From assembly GCA_029856525.1 (NCBI GenBank), contig JAHQXC010000048.1:1-10382 (forward strand): DNA of 10,382 nt. Reading direction: 5' to 3'. The translations under genes were made by a program, and so were the position numbers. Shown piece by piece: positions 7,838-10,382 of this stretch (the stretch's first letter is position 1; each line of letters begins with the position of its first letter). A model generated the notes under the pieces. That model searched no databases, was not told the DNA's origin, and saw nothing but the letters and a program-made list of their open reading frames with translations. This DNA is from Candidatus Odinarchaeia archaeon (GTDB lineage: Archaea > Asgardarchaeota > Odinarchaeia > Odinarchaeales > Odinarchaeaceae).

Positions 7838-7972
7838 AAAAAACACGGTTTAAATTATAGATTGGAGGACCATGTTTAAGCGTGTAAAGTTCTCTCCACG
7901 ATAAAATAATCCCCCTTATCCAGGGGATTGACAAAGCTAGTCCTCCTTGAAGCCTCCACCGTTATCACACCC
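7838..7972 (-). ncRNA. Candidate structured cis-regulatory leader RNA of the ilv operon
   Basis: Hand-folded: a 9-bp closing stem (7946-7938 with 7872-7864) encloses two hairpins (7929-7908 and 7900-7881), followed by a U6 tract at 7843-7838. GC is about 48% versus about 23% in the following 77 nt (hand count). I see no match to any riboswitch family I know. Confidence 0.5.
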
Positions 7973-7994
7973 GGTTAAAAATAATTTAAATTCT

Positions 7995-8010
7995 ATATTT
8001 AACTTTTTCG
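7995..8010 (-). promoter_or_regulatory. BRE+TATA promoter of the ilv operon, overlapping the stop codon of the upstream gene
   Basis: Minus strand CGAAAAAG-TTAAATAT. Standard spacing predicts a TSS near G7972, about 185 nt before the ilvB ATG. Confidence 0.6.
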
Positions 8011-8577
8011 CACTCTACTAGGCTTAATTAACTTACCAGCCTGTTTTATTTTTCTTCTATTCATTGAATCCGCTTTTTTAGAGATTTTTAAAAATAAGTA
8101 TGCTTGAATTAGCAGTGCAGCTATCATTATAACCGTGCCTGCTATTGAATAAACTATGTATAATATTATAGAAGCTAACATGAGGCTTGCTGTAGCTGTT
8201 AAAAACACTCTCCCCTCCTCTTCCCTGTTAACCTCTTTAACCGCTATGTAAAGCATTAAACTCCATGTAACCACGTATACGATGAGCGGTGCTATTGTAA
8301 ATAATGTTAACAGGTTAACGGCTGATAGTATGTTTGAAACTGTTTCAACACCGGTTATGACATTAGATGATAAAAGGAGAAGAAGGCTAGCTCTAATTAT
8401 TTGAAGAGAAGCGTTTAACATTATATACCATAGTAAACCTTTCAAGAAAACCCTGGTTTTCCCGGTATCTGAGAGCAGATACTCTTCGGATACCGTGATC
8501 TTATAGCTTGAATATATTATGAAAAGCGTTAATGTTTCAAAGCTCACCAGTAATAGTAGAATAAGGCTTGATAGCAT
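7999..8577 (-). CDS. Polytopic membrane protein of unknown function (5-6 TM) with a basic C-terminal tail
   Basis: 192-aa ORF with alternating hydrophobic helices and a K/R-rich tail (KISKK...RRKIKQAGKLIKPSRVRKS). No family recognised. Confidence 0.75.
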   Translation of the reverse strand: MLSSLILLLLVSFETLTLFIIYSSYKITVSEEYLLSDTGKTRVFLKGLLWYIMLNASLQIIRASLLLLLSSNVITGVETVSNILSAVNLLTLFTIAPLIVYVVTWSLMLYIAVKEVNREEEGRVFLTATASLMLASIILYIVYSIAGTVIMIAALLIQAYLFLKISKKADSMNRRKIKQAGKLIKPSRVRKS

Positions 8578-8734
8578 GTTAGAATAATGGAGGGGGGTTA
8601 CAAGAAATATAAGCTGTATTAAAGCATCTCCTATGCTAGCGAGAAAACCGTTAACTATTTTTTTAACGCTTGGCGAAAACTCTTCTTTTATTAAAAACCC
8701 CTCTTATAATATTTTTTATTGTAAGCTTCAAATT

Positions 8735-8959
8735 TTAAGAGTGGCTGGGAATATTATTATCTTTCCCCTCGTTTCCACCGTTAAGCTTATTGGCAACGCT
8801 TAACTGTAAGGCGATGTTATCTATCTCACGGTCGAATTTTACAAGGGGGCATAACACATATACGCATAAACCGTTCTCTTTAAGTTTACAGTTCTCTTCC
8901 ATCCTATTTTTACAATTCTGTTTAAAATTAAGCCACTCTTCGAAGTCTCTTATATCCAC
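8735..8959 (-). CDS. Small four-cysteine protein, possible metal-binding (C-x7-C-x7-C-x4-C)
   Basis: 74 aa with a GTG start, a purine-rich GGCGGAG upstream, and its own BRE/TATA at 9011..9026. Confidence 0.6.
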   Translation of the reverse strand: MDIRDFEEWLNFKQNCKNRMEENCKLKENGLCVYVLCPLVKFDREIDNIALQLSVANKLNGGNEGKDNNIPSHS

Positions 8960-9010
8960 TTCTCATCTCCGCCCTTTATTAAATAACAGTTAAATAAGTT
9001 TAATATTCTT

Positions 9011-9026
9011 TTATATAAGTTTTTTT
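9011..9026 (-). promoter_or_regulatory. BRE+TATA promoter for the 8735..8959 gene
   Basis: Minus strand AAAAAAAC-TTATATAA, sharing a 13-mer with the element at 505..517. Confidence 0.55.
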
Positions 9027-9148
9027 AACTTCGCCGCCAGGATGACTGCTAACAGTCTTATATAAAGGATGCTAGGCTCGGGCTGCTCTAAGATACCTGT
9101 GGAGAGTAAGCCTGTATTTAATACTCCTGTAAAAGATAGGTGGTTCAC
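9011..9148 (-). CDS. Possible 45-aa microprotein with three T-G-[VLI]-L-x repeats and a hydrophobic/basic C-terminus
   Basis: Below the ORF-track cutoff. Hand translation from the GTG at 9148: MNHLSFTGVLNTGLLSTGILEQPEPSILYIRLLAVILAAKLKKLI*. The repeats vary at synonymous sites. No clear SD. Confidence 0.3.
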   Translation of the reverse strand: MNHLSFTGVLNTGLLSTGILEQPEPSILYIRLLAVILAAKLKKLI

Positions 9149-9229
9149 GCCACAGTGTTCTTTAGCAATCGACTTATTAAGGATAAACGTAGATAAATAT
9201 TTATAGATATTTTTTAAGTGTGGTCGAAT

Positions 9230-9763
9230 ATGGCTGGAAAAGAATCTTTAATAAGTTTCGAGAATCTTCTATCAGATCTTCTTAAAGGTGTAGCTGGCCT
9301 TCAAAAAATGATTGAAGAGCTTAACCGAAATTTAATCGCCTCTCAGGAGGCTAAAATGGAGTCTATTCTCAGCCGATTAGATCAATTAGAGACGTATTTT
9401 CAATCTATGAAAGAGTCGACTGAGCTTTTAAATGAATTATTAGCAGAGTTAAGGTTTTTAGTTCCAACCCTTCACTTAAATAAGTTAATTGAAGAAGTTA
9501 AGTCATCGCTCACCCAGGTTAAGAGGGAGACTCCTGTTTCAACTCTTTCCGCTACTGCTCGAATACCTACCAGGCCTCCTCCTATCTCAGAGGAATCGCA
9601 GCTTAAGCCTCAATCAACTTTAGAATCTGATGTTCCGGCGGCTTCTAGTGATAGGAAAGAACCGGATATAGTTTACAGTTCGAAGGTCCCCTCCTATATA
9701 AAGGAGAAGAGGAAGCCTAAGTCAATATGGGAGGGGATTCGAGAGGAGGATGAGTCTACTTAA
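9230..9763 (+). CDS. Hypothetical protein: N-terminal coiled-coil/helical domain, Pro/Ser-rich disordered linker, short C-terminal W-acidic motif
   Basis: Track ORF 9218..9763. The ATG at 9230 lies about 30 nt after TTTATAGA (9200-9207), consistent with a leaderless transcript. Heptad-like Leu periodicity over about 95 residues. Confidence 0.75.
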   Translation: MAGKESLISFENLLSDLLKGVAGLQKMIEELNRNLIASQEAKMESILSRLDQLETYFQSMKESTELLNELLAELRFLVPTLHLNKLIEEVKSSLTQVKRETPVSTLSATARIPTRPPPISEESQLKPQSTLESDVPAASSDRKEPDIVYSSKVPSYIKEKRKPKSIWEGIREEDEST

Positions 9764-9770
9764 TTAACCT

Positions 9771-10172
9771 CTATATTTTTCGCTCTAGTAAATCTGTTAG
9801 AAGCCTGCTTAAACTACTTAACTCTACAAGCCAGGCGATTGTTTTAAATTCTTTATAGAGTTTTCTAATTAAATTAACTATCTCCTTATTATCTTGCGCG
9901 AGTATCTTGGATAAAGTGTTTCGGAATTCCTCAATCCAGCGCTGTTCTGCTAATGTTAGCTTGTTAACAAGATTTTTTCTAAACTCTTCTCCGCTCTGTT
10001 CTATGCTGGATAGTTTTGTTTTAATGGTTATAGATTTCTCCTTTAACTCAGCTGTAAGTGTTTCTATGGAAGCGGTTAGAGAGTTTAAACTGGCTGATAT
10101 TTGATCTATCTTATTATATATGTCTGATAATGCTTGTGTTATGAATTTAACCGTTTCCTGAGAGCTTGTAAT
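9771..10172 (-). CDS. 133-aa coiled-coil protein with an apparent ATT start codon (absent from the ORF track)
   Basis: Open frame 10184..9771 with no in-frame ATG/GTG/TTG. GGAGG SD sits 7 nt before the ATT at 10172. Product: MTSSQETVKFITQALSDIYNKIDQISASLNSLTASIETLTAELKEKSITIKTKLSSIEQSGEEFRKNLVNKLTLAEQRWIEEFRNTLSKILAQDNKEIVNLIRKLYKEFKTIAWLVELSSLSRLLTDLLERKI*. It stops 7 nt from the convergent gene's stop. Confidence 0.8.
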   Translation of the reverse strand: MTSSQETVKFITQALSDIYNKIDQISASLNSLTASIETLTAELKEKSITIKTKLSSIEQSGEEFRKNLVNKLTLAEQRWIEEFRNTLSKILAQDNKEIVNLIRKLYKEFKTIAWLVELSSLSRLLTDLLERKI

Positions 10173-10184
10173 ATTAAACCCTCC

Positions 10185-10382
10185 TTATTTTAATTTATTA
10201 AGAGCTGTCTTCAACTCTTTGAAAATGCTTGGAATATCTATTTTCTGAAGCTCCTCGCTTAAGGTTTCAGTTATTTTATCTGTTTTCTCCACTATATCTT
10301 CAAGCTTATTTATGTCGAAGATTATTTTTATACTATCCACGCTATCCATTAAATTTTTTATTAAGAAATCTGTTTGCTGCTC
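10185..10382 (-). CDS. 3' end of a helical/coiled-coil hypothetical protein (5' part outside the window)
   Basis: Open frame from the window edge: EQQTDFLIKNLMDSVDSIKIIFDINKLEDIVEKTDKITETLSEELQKIDIPSIFKELKTALNKLK*. The TAA is at 10187..10185, immediately followed by the SD of the next gene. Confidence 0.75.
   Translation of the reverse strand, partial: EQQTDFLIKNLMDSVDSIKIIFDINKLEDIVEKTDKITETLSEELQKIDIPSIFKELKTALNKLK

Noticed and set aside
7900-7921. Pseudoknot between the P2 loop (GAUAA) and the linker UUAUC
   Set aside because: Only about 3 nt are available to span the 8-bp P2 helix, which is sterically implausible.
7949-7963. AACGGTGGAGGC in the ilv leader resembling a T-box (GGTGGNACC) sequence
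   Set aside because: It lacks the ACC(G)CG continuation, sits at the 5' end rather than in an antiterminator, and there is no room for Stem I.
7860-7972. Possible TPP, glycine, SAM-I, c-di-AMP or ykkC/ppGpp riboswitch, or C/D box sRNA identity for the leader
   Set aside because: Key consensus elements are absent (no CUGAGA, no CCGAAG/CUCUCAGG, no properly placed CUGA D box). Only isolated short matches such as GGAGAGA and GUGAUAA occur.
8790-8993. 67-aa plus-strand ORF
   Set aside because: Antisense to the 8735..8959 gene, which has the promoter, purine-rich upstream sequence and more protein-like composition.
9044-9057. Inverted repeat GACTG-CTAA-CAGTC next to a TTATATAA box; also considered as a SECIS because of the preceding ATGA
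   Set aside because: Only 5 bp per arm, expected by chance. It lacks the 3' GA of the SECIS core, and no selenoprotein candidate is adjacent.
9079-9101. Minus-strand CAGG...AGCAGCC resembling SRP RNA helix 8
   Set aside because: No GNRA-capped inner stem and no flanking pairing. The gap is also too short for an archaeal 7S RNA.
9193-9204. Perfect 12-bp palindrome ATAAATATTTAT
   Set aside because: A/T-only in AT-rich promoter DNA, and explained adequately by overlapping or divergent TATA boxes.
9907-10104. 65-aa plus-strand ORF
   Set aside because: Shadow of the longer SD-preceded minus-strand gene 9771..10172.

Overview
AT-rich archaeal chromosomal DNA, judged from BRE/TATA promoters, GGAGG/GGTGA ribosome-binding sites and an HMf-type histone. 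An Asgard-type lineage is only a guess. Almost everything is on the minus strand. From the left: the 5' part of an AlaA-like PLP aminotransferase, a small membrane protein, an archaeal histone with Gly-to-Lys changes at both hypernucleosome-stacking positions, and a second membrane protein. Next is a complete five-gene branched-chain amino acid operon (transcribed ilvB-ilvH-ilvC-ilvE-ilvD). It is preceded by a predicted ~185-nt leader containing a GC-enriched three-way-junction fold, a competing alternative helix and U-tracts, which is a candidate undescribed archaeal attenuator or riboswitch. The right end holds a membrane protein, a 74-aa four-Cys protein, a possible 45-aa repeat microprotein and three helical coiled-coil proteins. 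One of these is missing from the ORF track because it appears to start at ATT. No rRNA, tRNA, CRISPR array or mobile element was recognised.
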